Below, in pieces: positions 12,501-23,746 of a DNA stretch of 64,000 bases. The notes beneath the pieces were generated by a model. That model ran no database searches and was not told the origin of the DNA. It worked only from the letters and a program-made list of their open reading frames with translations. A program made the position numbers and the translations under genes. The stretch spans positions 7,068,001 through 7,132,000 of the forward strand of contig JBHGNT010000011.1 in assembly GCA_043228905.1 (NCBI GenBank). The letters run 5' to 3'. The stretch is from Azolla caroliniana. Taxonomy: Eukaryota; Plantae; Polypodiophyta. How positions within the stretch are numbered: the first letter of the stretch is position 1; each line of letters starts with the position of its first letter.

Positions 12501-13248
12501 AATTTACACTCGGTGTAAATGGATCACCCCACTAGAGCCACTCCCATCTAAAATGTCGTACTATAAGAAACACTTCATGCACTTCTCTGAGTTAGGTTTT
12601 ATCACACGGCCAAAATATCTAGATGTATTCTTACCACATGCACTAAGGGTAGCCATTGGACAACTTAGAATATCATCTCACCAACTTGAGATTGAAAATG
12701 GCCGTACTAGTGGAGTCCCTAGGGAGGAAAGGATATGTAGGTTATGTCACATAGAGATAGAGGATGAGTACCACTTTACTTGCAAGTGTCCAACCTATGC
12801 CGAGATAAGGGCAAAATACCAAGACATACTTGGTCCGTCTCCCACCCTCCACAAACTATTAGATACTCTAGATATAAAGAAATTAGGCAAATACATTCTA
12901 GAGCTAAAACAACACAGAGAGAATAAATTACAAAATGTTGACAATAATGCTGCTAATGATCACGAACATGTAACAAATGCAGTTTTTCAGGAACCTGAGG
13001 AGACAACGAATGCCGACACACTTGCACCACTCGGCCTTTCCATTGATGAGGCAGAAAACCAGAGAAGAACCAGACGTCCTCGGGTGCCGGGTTTCAAAAC
13101 AACTCAACGTGATGTGGACGCAATATTGAAAATAAGGGAACGTGAGCTACACCGCCTAGAAGCCATGGCTAGGGCACTCTCTACATTGGAACCCACATCA
13201 AGACCCTTTGACCCCCCACTTCTTTTCGAGAGGCTTGGGTGGAAATAA
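9517..13248 (+). CDS. LINE ORF2: AP endonuclease, reverse transcriptase and C-terminal zinc finger
   Basis: LWNCNG, LVETH, GDFNAR, TVDY, ADH (APE); QAGFR, FVDFRKAFD, GVKQGCPLSP, LLYADD, YLG (RT); CRLC...HFTCKC. First ATG is at 9547. Confidence 0.96.
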   Translation: MAHVTENALRMTLWNCNGALWAHPGRLEEILKVSDILFLVETHQSPNRGLPRVEGFRWESAFRQTSRRHTTRGSGGVAILFRRELHNRIEIMKIDPEARFMWVKVSTSKDHAVFFAICYFPPKGSRYNISGLTRLVDEGMPHGPSPYEPLSDDIIRYSSQGEVFLVGDFNARTQSRQCTVFQMNRNLEMVNVDPLDIGTTRRSKDQGADATSFGHHLLELGSRHQMVIYNGLAKWPGSEELTCFPHGGGESTVDYLIGRPTATHLINSFRVAPCPIGADHSFLYFELKCDISKVTKSSQPCHHTTIHFTHELSDIYSQHVQAHLPSIDPSLPLESLSTKLTHILHSAAASSFPYTKHSNQGRSGSMPQNKWYDEDCRDLHRQLTVSQLNGSITSTQARKEMRKMTRRKRRAWEASQYWELYHMLMSSDCATAWKRLREPRPQTPIEDPETWHTYTERLYQIPNQPPFPMPSTPRPTTGTLFTTSRVMKVIKKLQHRKSMDHTGLRAEHIIYARECLAPLLTLIFNRALAEGFPPQWTMNTVTPIHKGGDPMDPNTYRTIMIGHTLAKLYGAVMEAELSDYMETLNLRAPEQAGFRRAFSTIDHIFTLRCLIDQTRARKKRLYCCFVDFRKAFDTVPRDRLSDRLKSLRIPDDMVWAIYALYEQVSGCVRCPGGLSNRFTSTIGVKQGCPLSPTLFGIYIDEITDFIAREGGTGVVLGDTQVRILLYADDIVLLSESEHDLQRHLNALDDFCVQRGLVVNLGKTKVLIFHTSAQVRAKCHLTISHSPVEVVGSYVYLGVTFSARSGKFSMTQAAKDRLTRGHASLSLLERQCHQAHFQEPRTKGWLFDSLVTPSLMYASAVWAPGLPSFMWTQLERPLVMMLSRQLRSKSTVPHDIIRAEFTLPPMLVEALFQLVVFIDRIHSQPHDRISHQAFKASRSLYESGYTSSWYGMMVTWLLANGLDINNLPPLRYNHTSDNTLISHENRNKVIRQEIWQIYTRCKWITPLEPLPSKMSYYKKHFMHFSELGFITRPKYLDVFLPHALRVAIGQLRISSHQLEIENGRTSGVPREERICRLCHIEIEDEYHFTCKCPTYAEIRAKYQDILGPSPTLHKLLDTLDIKKLGKYILELKQHRENKLQNVDNNAANDHEHVTNAVFQEPEETTNADTLAPLGLSIDEAENQRRTRRPRVPGFKTTQRDVDAILKIRERELHRLEAMARALSTLEPTSRPFDPPLLFERLGWK

Positions 13249-13695
13249 AATTAGGCTTAGTGTATAGTCACTTTCGAGTATACTACATATTGTACACTAC
13301 TAGAACTCTTTTAGTTTAAGTTCTATTTTTTTTTACTTAATTTTATTTTTAGTTATGATGACTGGATAAATACTCTATTGTTGTAAACCAATTGTCTCAT
13401 GGGCCAAATTTGGCCTTAGAAGACGTTAATACACCTTTCTTTCTTTCTTTCTCTCTCATACACACACATAATCCATATCTCTTCCGCTTCACAAGAATCC
13501 ATCTCTTGATTCTTTACATGGTATCAGAGCAATTTGGTAGCTCGATCTCGCCCATTCGCCTCATCGTGATCATGTGTTGTGCTCCACGCCGACGACCAAG
13601 AACCGGCTCATCGCTATCGTAGCTTCGCTACATAGCTCGCATTCAAAGAGAGAAGAAGAAGAAGAAGAAGAAGAATCGACATAATGAATACTCAA

Positions 13696-16600
13696 ATGGG
13701 GAGCGCTCTCCCTACCGAGAAGTTGGATCGAAACAACTTCGCATTTGGGAGTACAAGATGCACCAATACCTTGTCGGACAAGGCTATTGGAGCTATATCA
13801 AAGGAGCGCATGAAGACCGACCCGCCGAAGCGGCTCCTGGATACGTAACATGGGAGCAAGCCGCAACCCGCGTGATGTATTGTTTGGCGACATGTGTTCA
13901 CGACCACATGCTCGGTTACATTCGAGAAGCCAAGACGCCGAAGGAAGCGTGGGAAAACCTACGAAAGATTTTCGCCGCCAACACGACCGCGAGGAAGCTT
14001 CAACTCCGCCAAGAGTTGAACAACATTCAACAAAGGGACATGTCCATCACGACATACACCTTGAAGATCAAGGAGCTTTGCGACTCGCTCGGCTCAATAA
14101 GCGTAAGTATAGATGATGATGAAATGGTGCAAATATGCCTTGGAGGCCTCGCACCACGGTTCGGCGCGATGCGAACCGCCGTTCTAGCACGGGAGAAATC
14201 TCCCTCCTTCTTCGAGCTCCAATCAATGCTATTGGTCGAAGAAAACCACATGCGTACAAGGAGCAATGAGTCAGAAGGCCACATGCTCTACATGCACTCT
14301 AATGGAGGAAGAGGACGCGGACGAGCAAGAGGCCGATTCAACCAAGGACAAGGCGGACGAGGACCGACCTACGACAACAACTCCCAATTTCGGCCGCAAA
14401 GTGGAGGTCAACGAGGAACCTTCGCAAGAAGGGGGAGCTTCCACTCCGGCCCGAGCCGTCAAAATGCAACCAAATGCGGATATTGCGGAAAGCTCTGCCA
14501 CCACGAAGAAGAGTGCCGAAAGAAGATGCGTGAATCGGCTTCCACAAGCCGACAACTCACGAATTACGCGCACAATTCCGACTACGAAGAGTATAGCGGA
14601 ATGTACGGGCACAACTCCGACTACGAGGATCGTGGCGGAATGTACGCATACAACTCTGACCGTGGCGGACATACAACTCTGACCGTGGCGGAATGTTCAT
14701 GATGAAACATAGAGCAAAGCCTATGTCGGCCTCTACCTCAACTAGTGCCCTCCATCCGGAGGACGTATGATTTGTTGACTCCGGAGCCGCAAACCATATG
14801 ACATCCAACAAAGAATGGTTTCTCGAACTTCGAGAGCTGGAGTGACCCGGTTATGTCGAAACCGGAGATGACACTACACACCCAATTCGGCACATCGGCA
14901 ACGTTCTGTTCGGCGAAAGAGGTAAGCAAACATACATTAAAAATGTCTTGCATGTACCCACCATCACAATGAATTTGGTCTCGGTCGGCCAAATGGTTGA
15001 GCAAGGGATGCAAGTACGATTCGACCAAGAAGGGTGCTTCATCGAAAAAGAAGGCCGAATCATCGCACATGGAAGAAGAGAGGGCCGGATGTTCATTCTC
15101 GATTCGAACGAGATGAAATCCGCCATGTTCGCGAAAAGCACGAAAGCCGACTCCAACATAGAGCTATGGCATAAGTGAATCGGCCACATCAATCTCAACA
15201 AACTCAAAGCAATGAAATCGAAACGAGTCGTCATCGGACTCTCGACATTCAAAGAGAAGGAGATTGAAGGTGTATGCGAAGCGTGCCAATTTGGCAAGCA
15301 ACACCGACACCCATTTCCAAAGGAGCGGAATGTGAGCAAAGGCGTACTCGACGTAATTCATTCTGATGTATGGGGTCCGGCTCAAACGGCGACATTCGGT
15401 GGATGCCGCTATTACGTGCTCTTCATCGACGACTTTCCAAGGCACACTTGGATCTACCCGATGCGGCAAAAGAGCGAAGTGTTTGGACACTTCCAAAAGT
15501 TCAAGAATGAAGTCGAGAAAGCCACGGGTCGACATGTATGATGCCTTCGATCGGATGGCGGCAAGGAGTACTTCTCAAACGATTTCACGGCGTATCTCCG
15601 AAAGGAAGGAATTCGGCGAGAATTCACTTGCCGACACACTACGCAACAAAACGGAGTAGCGGAGTGCAAAAATCAGCACATCCTTGAAGTAGCATGGGCC
15701 ATGATGAACGAGAAGCATATGCCCAAGTCATATTGGGCCGAAGCGGCAAATACGGCCGTCTACCTACTAAACCGGTGCACAACATCCAGCGTGCACGAGG
15801 TCACTCCGCACGAAAGATTCTTCGAAAAAAAGCCGAATCTATCACATGTTCAGATATTCGGCTCCATTGCATACGTGCACATCCCCGACGAGAAGCGTCA
15901 AAAGCTCGACCCGAAGTCGGAGAAATGTATCCTCGTAGGATACTCACTAGAGCAAAAGGGGTACAAGTGCTACAACCCCTCAACTCGAAAATCTCGGGTA
16001 AGTCGAGACGTCCTCTTTGACAATTCCGCATCCTGGTACGCACCAGAGACAACTCCGACTCCAACTCCAGTCGACCCAGAATCCGCTGAACAAGAGATAG
16101 AGGATGGAGATCATTCTACGGGCATGTTCGAAGAAAGTCCGATCACGACCCGACTGAGCGGACCACAAGAGCCTTTGAGCGATCAAAGCACATCACGGCC
16201 TAGCCCGAAGATGGACAAAGGCAAGGCGAAAATGGTAGAATATGAAGACGATCGCTTCACCGACGATGAGTCAACTCACTCAGTCGACAGTGAGTTCGGC
16301 GGTTTTGAGGTACCAATCGGAGCAAAGAAAGCCCTCATCTCTGCAAATGAAAAGCTCCTCCGATCCACTCATGAAAAGAACCCCGTAAGTCGATTCGGCT
16401 ACAACGATTATATGGCGTACCATTACTCCTTTATGATGAAGGTAGCGACAGTACGGGAGCCGGAAACCTTTTCGGAAGCTGCGAAGGACCCGCGATGGAT
16501 CGAAGAAATGAATGAGGAGATGCGGGCACTATGGAAGAACGAGACGTGGGATCTCGTTCCCACCTCACCACACAAAAAGGCGATCGGATGCAGATGGATC

Positions 16601-18025
16601 TACAAGGTGAAGTATAACGCTGATGGTTCCGTCAACCGCTACAAAGCTCGACTCATAGCGAAAGGATACGCTCAGATACATGGCGTCGACTACGAATAAA
16701 CCTTTGCCCCAGTGGCAAAGGTGATGACGGTGCGGACCGTAATTGCGATTGCCGCGGCAAAAGGGTGGCACCTCCATCAAATGGACGTCAAGAACCCCTT
16801 TCTACAAGGCGAATTAGAAGAGGAGGTGTACATGCTACAACCACCCGGCTTCAACTCGAACACCCATCCGAAAGCTGTATGCCGACTCAAGAAGCCACTC
16901 TACGGACTCCAGCAAGCACCGCGTGCTTGGCATTCGAAGATAACACAATATCTTCATCAAATTGGCTTCCGTATGTCAAAATCGGACAACTCCCTCTACA
17001 TACGAAGCGATTCCGCAAGTCTGATCGTCATCATCTTATATGTGGATGACCTAGTCATTGGAGGTGAGCATCTCGTCAAAATCAATAAAGTCAAATCCCT
17101 CCTTTCTGACAAGTTCGAGATGACGGACATGAAGGAGCTCCACTACTTCCTCGGCATCGAGGTAATTCGGACTCCGGCCGGAATCATGATCTCTCAACGG
17201 CACTACATCCTCAACTTGTTATACAAGTTCGGGATGGCTGAGTGCAAATCCGTGGCAACCCCGCTCGATCGTAATCTCAAACTGGATGCGAACTCCGGCA
17301 CCAAAGCGTGTGAGCCGACTCAGTATCGGCAACTCATCGGGAGTCTCATCTACCTCACGATCACACGACCCGATCTGAGTTATCCGGTCGGTCTCCTTAG
17401 CCAATTCATGCAAACACCGCGTGATACTCACTTGGATTGCGCTAAGCGAGTTCTACGATACGTGAGCGGCACAATGGATTGCGGCATCCTCTACAAGACC
17501 GCAATGCCAATACGACTCAAGGGGTACACAGACGCTGATTGGGCCGGCTACAAAACCGATAGAAGATCAACCTCCGGATTTGTTTTCTCCCTCGACAGCG
17601 GAGCAATATCCTGGAGTAGCAAGAAGCAGCCTATCGTCGCTCTTTCGAGTATAGAGGCGGAATACAGGGGTGCAACCGTAGCTGCGTGTGAAGCCGTATG
17701 GCTCAAGAGGATTTTGAACGATTTGGGCGTACCCATCAAGGATCCGACTTCCCTTTACTGCGACAACATGAGCAACATCTATCTGGCTCAGAACTTGGTG
17801 TTCCACGCGCGGACAAAGCACATCGAAGTGCACTATCACTTCATTCGAGATCGCATTCTAGTTGGCGATGTCGACCTACAACACATTAACACCAATCTTC
17901 AAACGGCCGACATCTTCACTAAAGCCTTAGGTGCTGACAAGCTATGGCAATTCATGACCGATCTCGGATTGACGATCCTTGACCTGCCAAGCTTGAGGGG
18001 GAGTGCTGAAGACACTACACAATAA
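13696..18025 (+). pseudogene. gag-pol of element C, with several stops and frameshifts
   Basis: CGYCGKLCHHEEEC knuckle, VDSGAANHM protease, HSDVWGP integrase, LYVDDL RT, YTDADWAG RNase H. Confidence 0.92.
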
Positions 18026-21000
18026 CGTGTGGATTCCGCAACCACGCAACAAAGCTGCGAACTACGCACGCAAGCCGAAGCACTGACTTCGTAACTACAC
18101 ACAACGCAAGCTGGAGCACGGATTCCGCAACTCCGCATACATGCGAGTCGACACGAGTTGACGCGGACTCCAGAACCCGAGTTGAAGCGGATTTCGGATA
18201 CAGTCTGAAACCGACCCGACTTGAGCTTGAGGGGGCGTGTTGAGAATCAAGCTCAACTTGGTCTAGTGTGTGAACTCACCTTGAGAGTGAAGAGACACCT
18301 CAACGGTCAAGAGTCACCATTATGTCACCACTTTGTATTCTAGCATTTAGTATGAGTCATAGAATCATATTCTATGACACATAACTTATGAGCTTTCACA
18401 TTCCCCATGCTCCATGAGCCTTGTAGTTAATGAAGAGAGAGGGTGACTACATAAAGCACCCTCCTCCCACCTTGTATCATGTTGCGTCTTTCTCCTTTGT
18501 CAATATATCTTTTACATTGCGTATTCCTTATCTCTGTCTCACTCTCTCTCTCTCTCTCTCATACACACACATAATCCATATCTCTTCCGCTTCACAAGAA
18601 TCCATCTCTTGACTCTTTACAAAGAGAACACAGAAGTCCAAATGAAGATAGGTTCTATACAAGGTTGAAATCTAGAGGAAGACCTACATGCTTCTATTGT
18701 GGGAATCCTGGTCATTTCCAAAAGAATTGCCAACACCTTAGGAAGGACAAAGGCATGGCTGATGAGATTGAACCTAGAAAAATTTCTGATGATAAAACCA
18801 CCTCAGCCATTGCAACAAGTGAAGAAGAGATGTTATTTATCTGTGAACAAGGTAGCGTGAACCTAGCAAATGCTGAGTGCTCATGGGTAGTAGATTCTGG
18901 TGCTTCATTTCACCTAATTCCCAAAAGAGAATGTTTCTCGTCTTACACAGTTGGTGACTATGGCTACGTAAGGATGGGAAATGACGGTGAATGCAAGATC
19001 GTGGGCATAGGAACTGTGTGTTTGCTAACATCTACTGGCTGCAGGTTGATATTGAAGGATGTACGCCATGTTTCGAATGTCAGATTGAATCTGATATTGG
19101 CTGGACGGCTAGACGACGAAGGCTACAGTGGTGGTTTTCGACGTGGTACATGGAAGTTCTGTAAAGGGAGCTTGATTGTGGCTCGAGCTCAAAAACAGAA
19201 TACATTGTATGTAATGCATGCCAAATTGTGCCGAGATGAAGCGAAAGGGGAATGCATATCCTTGTGGAAAAGGATTTTCTACTAGAGGTGAAAGGAATAC
19301 ACTTGGAGAAGTGTGTGGACTGCTTGGTTGGAAAGCAAAATAGAACAGCCTTTCACTCTAGACCTCTCTGATGAGGAGAGAGCGTGCCTTAGAGCTGGTT
19401 CACACAGATGTGTGTTATGTGGATGCCCCATCACATTGTGGTGGACAATATTTTGTCACATTTATTGATGACTTTAGTAGGAAGGTATGGGCTTATGTGC
19501 TGGTGTCTAAAGACCAAGTGTTGTCAGTCTTTAAAGAGTTTCATTCAAGGGTAGAAAGAGAATCTGGACAGAAGTTGAAAGCTGTCCGGACAGATAATGG
19601 TGGTGAGTATAGGGGCCAATTTGAGATGTATTGCAAGACTCAAGGCATCAAACTTGAGTATATGGTGCCGAAGACACATGAGCTAAATGGTCTAGCAGAA
19701 AGAATGAATGGGACTATTATGGAAAGGGTAAGAAGAATGTTGGTGCATGCAAAATTGCCAAAGTCGTATTGGGCTGAGGCAATGTTGACGACTGTTTATC
19801 TCATAAACAGGTCTCCATCAGTGCCCCTGAAGGGGAATGTACCACAAAGGTTGTGGACAGGAAGGAATGTATCCTATCAACACTTAAAAGGTGTTTGGTT
19901 GCTTGGCCTATATACATGCTGCTAAAGATCAGAGGTCAAATCTGGACAGCAAGTCCAAAGCTTGTATATTCTTGGGGTACTCGGAAGATGAGTTCGGGTA
20001 CAGAATGTGGGATCTCCTTGATAAGAAAGTGATAAGAAATCGAGATGTCATATTCATGGAAGATAAGACAATCGAGGACTGGAAACAACAAAGACCAGAG
20101 TTGTCTTCCCAATCGACTACCGTTATGGAGTCGACACTGGTCGATCCCACTCCCACACAACCAGCCGACAAACAATAGCTGGTTGATGAAGTCGAACCTG
20201 AGTTGGTCGACACCCAACAACAGACTGATGCATAGGAATCTGAGTCGGAAGATGAGTTGTTGGAAGAAAGCAAATCTGAGCCAGTTATCGAAGGAAGAAG
20301 ATATCCACGAAGACAAAGGAAGGCCTCCTCTCGATATCCAACCAGTCAATATATCCTCTTGACTGATGAAGGGGAACCAGAATGCTATGAAGAAGCCGCC
20401 ATGACTGATGTACACAAGGAGAAATGGTATAATGCCATGCAAGAAGAAATGGATTCCTTGCATGAGAACCTAACTTTTGAGTTAATGGAGTTGCCTGATG
20501 GTAAGAAGGCAGTTAGAAACAAATGGGTCTACAAATTAAAGATAGGTGAAGATGGAAGTACATCCAGGTATAAGGCTCGCATTGTCATAAAGGGTTTCCA
20601 ACAGAAAAAAGGTGTTGATTTCGATGAGATTTTTGCTCCAGTTGCCAAGATGACCTCTATCCGAACTGTTTTGAGTATGGCTGCTAGTATGAATCTTGAA
20701 ATCGAACAACTAGATGTTAAAACAGATTTTTTGCACGGTGAGCTAGAAGAGGAAATTTATATGCAACAGCCGAAGGGCTTTGAGGTAAAAGGAAAAGAGA
20801 ACCTCCTGCGCAGGTTGAGGAAAAGCTTGTATGGTCTAAAGCAAGCTCTACGACAATGGTATAAGAAATTTGAGTCCTTCATGTTGGAACATGGATTCCA
20901 CAAAACACAAACCGATCATTGTGTATTTGTGAAAAGGTATAATGAAGGTGATTTTCTTATTTTGTTGTTATATGTGGATGATATGTTGGTTGTTGGACAA

Positions 21001-22321
21001 GATGTTAAAAAGATTGCAAGCTTGAAGAAACCATTGAGCAAATCGTTTTCCATGAAAGACTTACGACCAGCAAAACAGGTTTTGGGAATGCATATAATCC
21101 AAGACAGGACTAAAAACATGCTATGGCTATCACAAGAGAAGTATGTGACAAAAGTTTTGGAAAGGTTTAACATGTACAATGCAAAATCTGTTGGATCTCC
21201 ATTGGTGGTGGACTGTAAGTTAAATTCAGGTCAATGTCCGAAAACTGAGAAAGATAAGGCAGAGATGAGGAGAGTGCCATATGCCTCTGTTGTCGGTAGT
21301 CTTATGTATGCTAAGGTTTGCACGAGGCCGGACATTGCATTTGTTGTGAGGACAGTTAGTTGCTACATGAGTAATCTTGGAAAGGAGCATTGGGCAGCCG
21401 TAAAATGGATACTTAGATATCTAAGAGGAACTTCGAGGGTATACCTTAGATATGGTTCAGAGAAACCTATTCTAGAAGGTTTCACAGATTTTGATATGTC
21501 AAGTGATGTAGACTCCAGCCGATCCACATCAGGGTATGTGATGACTTATTCAAGGGGAGCCGTGTCATAGTAATCAAGATTGCAAAAGACTGTGGCTGCA
21601 GTGGAAGCCGGAAAAGAAGTGATTTGGATGAGAGACTTCTTAAGCACGCTAGGAATGAAGCAAGAAAGGTTCTTGCTTCCTTGTGCTAATTAGAGTGCTA
21701 TTCATTTGGCTAAGAATGTTGCCTATCATTCCCGTACGAAGCACATTCAAAGAAGGTATCATTGGTGGCGAGAGAAAGTGGAAGGAGATGAATTTTCTTT
21801 AGCAAAGATCCATACTAACGAAAATGGATCAGACATGCTCACTAAAACTCTATCAATGGAAAAACTTGTTGCATGCTGACAAAGGATTGGGTTGGTTGAA
21901 TCTCCCCCTACAGGAGTGAAGGGGGAATCTGTTGTATAAAATTGTCCCTCCTTACGGGGGAGTCGGCTGAAAAGCCAAAATTGGCCGAAGAGCCGATTCG
22001 AGACACGGTGCGGCTGAAGAGCCGACCCGTGCACAGTCGACCTGAGACATGGCGCGGCCGAGGAACCGACCCGTGCACAGCTGACCCGAGACGCAGCTCG
22101 GCCGAAAAGCTGAACTGTGCAAAGGAGTCAACCCGAGACGTGACGGGGCCGAAAAGCCGAACAGTGCCAAGAGTTAAAGGGAACTCGAATGTGGATACAC
22201 ATATATACACACTTCTCTTCACATATATGTGTATGTGGGTTTGCATACATATATGCTAAGAGGCATTCACTGCCTTTGTATGTGGGATAAATGACCCAGA
22301 GTAAAAGTAGTGAGTGTAGCT

Positions 22322-23157
22322 CATGGTTGTTTACGTACCCGTATTTAACGTTTAAATACGTATAGTACCTCATCATTTGTATAGTACGTACTGTACCTCA
22401 ATGTTGTTCAGTCAAATATCATGTACATTTGTCCAATACGGTATTTAACGTATTTATAAAAAAATAGGTATAATACGTATTTATAAAGAAAATGTAAGTA
22501 AAACCCTAACAAAAAGCAAAAGAAAAAAAAGATTTTAGTGAAAAAGAAGCCAAAGGAAGGAAGAAAGAAGAATAGAAGAGATGACGATGAAGAAGATGAA
22601 GAGAGAAAAGAAGACATAAACCTGTCTTGAGTGTGATAATCGTAGAAGATAGAAGAAGAAGAAGAAGAAGAAAACGAAGAAAAGAGAAACCTATCATGAG
22701 TGTGATAATCGTAGACGATTCCTCAATCTATGAAGGCATAATTGTAAATAATTACAATTTCAAGTAGAACATCGTGATACACACTTACACTGATTTATAG
22801 AATACGGGAATGTCGACATCCATATTACGATAAGTATTTTAGGATGTGAAATGTTCAAATGTCTTATATGCATTTTAGGATGCAGAACTATATTGTACAT
22901 CACAAAATTGTGTAAACATAGATGTTTTTTACAATATTATAGATATTTTTTAGAAAGGTAAATCATTTTCAAATTCTAGAAGTATTTAACGTACTATACA
23001 TAAAATACGTATTTTACGTACTTTATGTATTTTATAAGTATTTAACATATTAAAAAAACGTATTTAACGTATTTTTAAATTGGGAGGTACTATATGGGTA
23101 TTAATACGTTAAATATGTATGGTATTCGTACCGTACCTAATGTACCTAACAACCTTG
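22322..23157. mobile_element. Non-autonomous hAT-like DNA transposon (836 bp) inside the LTR of D
   Basis: 8-bp TSD GTGTAGCT at 22314-22321 and 23158-23165. Imperfect TIRs CATGGTTGTT / AACAACCTTG. AT-rich with subterminal TACGT/GTAC motifs and no transposase. Confidence 0.85.
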
Positions 23158-23746
23158 GTGTAGCTATATACATATAGTAAACTCAAGTGAGTGGTATTTT
23201 TATTACGAGTGTGTTTTAGGCGCGAGAGTGTGCAGAGCGAAAAACGAGTTGCAGAAGAGAAGTGTGACTTAGAGAACGACTAGGTATATACACAGTAGTG
23301 GCTGTGAGAACGCAATAGAAAAAGTTGAGTGTGTGTGAAGAAAAGGGTGAAGAACAAAAGGGAAGAAAGACTAGAACTGGGAAGCCAAGGGGAGCTTCGA
23401 ATAGGAAAGACACCTATGCATTAGGGTTTGGTATGCTCATCTGAAATCGTGGTATCAAAGAACATTCAGACCAGTACAGGTTTTTTTATTTAGTGGTTGT
23501 ATTCTGTCTTTCTATCATAGTGAATTTTTGTTCCGTGATTTTTCCCTGAAATCAGGGTTTTCCACGTAAATCTTGTTTTACTCTTTATTTTCAGTTTGTG
23601 TCTAAGGTTATTTCGTAATCCTTGTCTGAGTGAAAACTTATCACAGTCCCAGGATGACACTAGCTAGGTTGGTCTAGAGTTGCTTGAGGAAGTGAATCTA
23701 GTCAGGATTGACAGACTTAAATTCACTGGTGATCTGAACTTTTACA

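Larger units (their letters stand above)
8161..13449 (+). mobile_element. Full-length LINE (APE-RT type, RTEX-like by inference)
   Basis: Two tandem intact ORFs. 3' (CTTT)n tail at about 13435-13449. Flanking direct repeat TCTCTCTCAT at 8151-8160 and 13450-13459. Comparison with the uninterrupted 3' LTR of C defines the ends. Confidence 0.92.
7840..18621 (+). mobile_element. Full-length Ty1/copia element C with a LINE inserted in its 5' LTR
   Basis: TSD AAGAG at 7835-7839 and 18622-18626. 5' LTR 7840-8160 plus 13460-13518, 3' LTR 18238-18621, nearly identical. Met PBS 13519-13530. Confidence 0.95.
7733..23746 (+). mobile_element. Ty1/copia element D (Tnt1/Tork-like), decayed host of B, C and the hAT element; pieces 7733-7839 and 18627-23746
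   Basis: Gag fragment (SILNEETRRKDK) resumes after C with CFYCGNPGHFQKNC, PR, INT, RT (LYVDDML) and RNase H. PPT at about 21916-21927. 3' LTR 21930-23746; the LTR end is inferred from TTTTACA and the switch to matR-like sequence. Confidence 0.85.

Noticed and set aside
13696-18621. Near-identical LTRs despite many stops in element C, hinting at mobilisation in trans
   Set aside because: Most stops are CGA/TGG-to-TGA type transitions that could accumulate after insertion under methylation; not decidable without sister copies.
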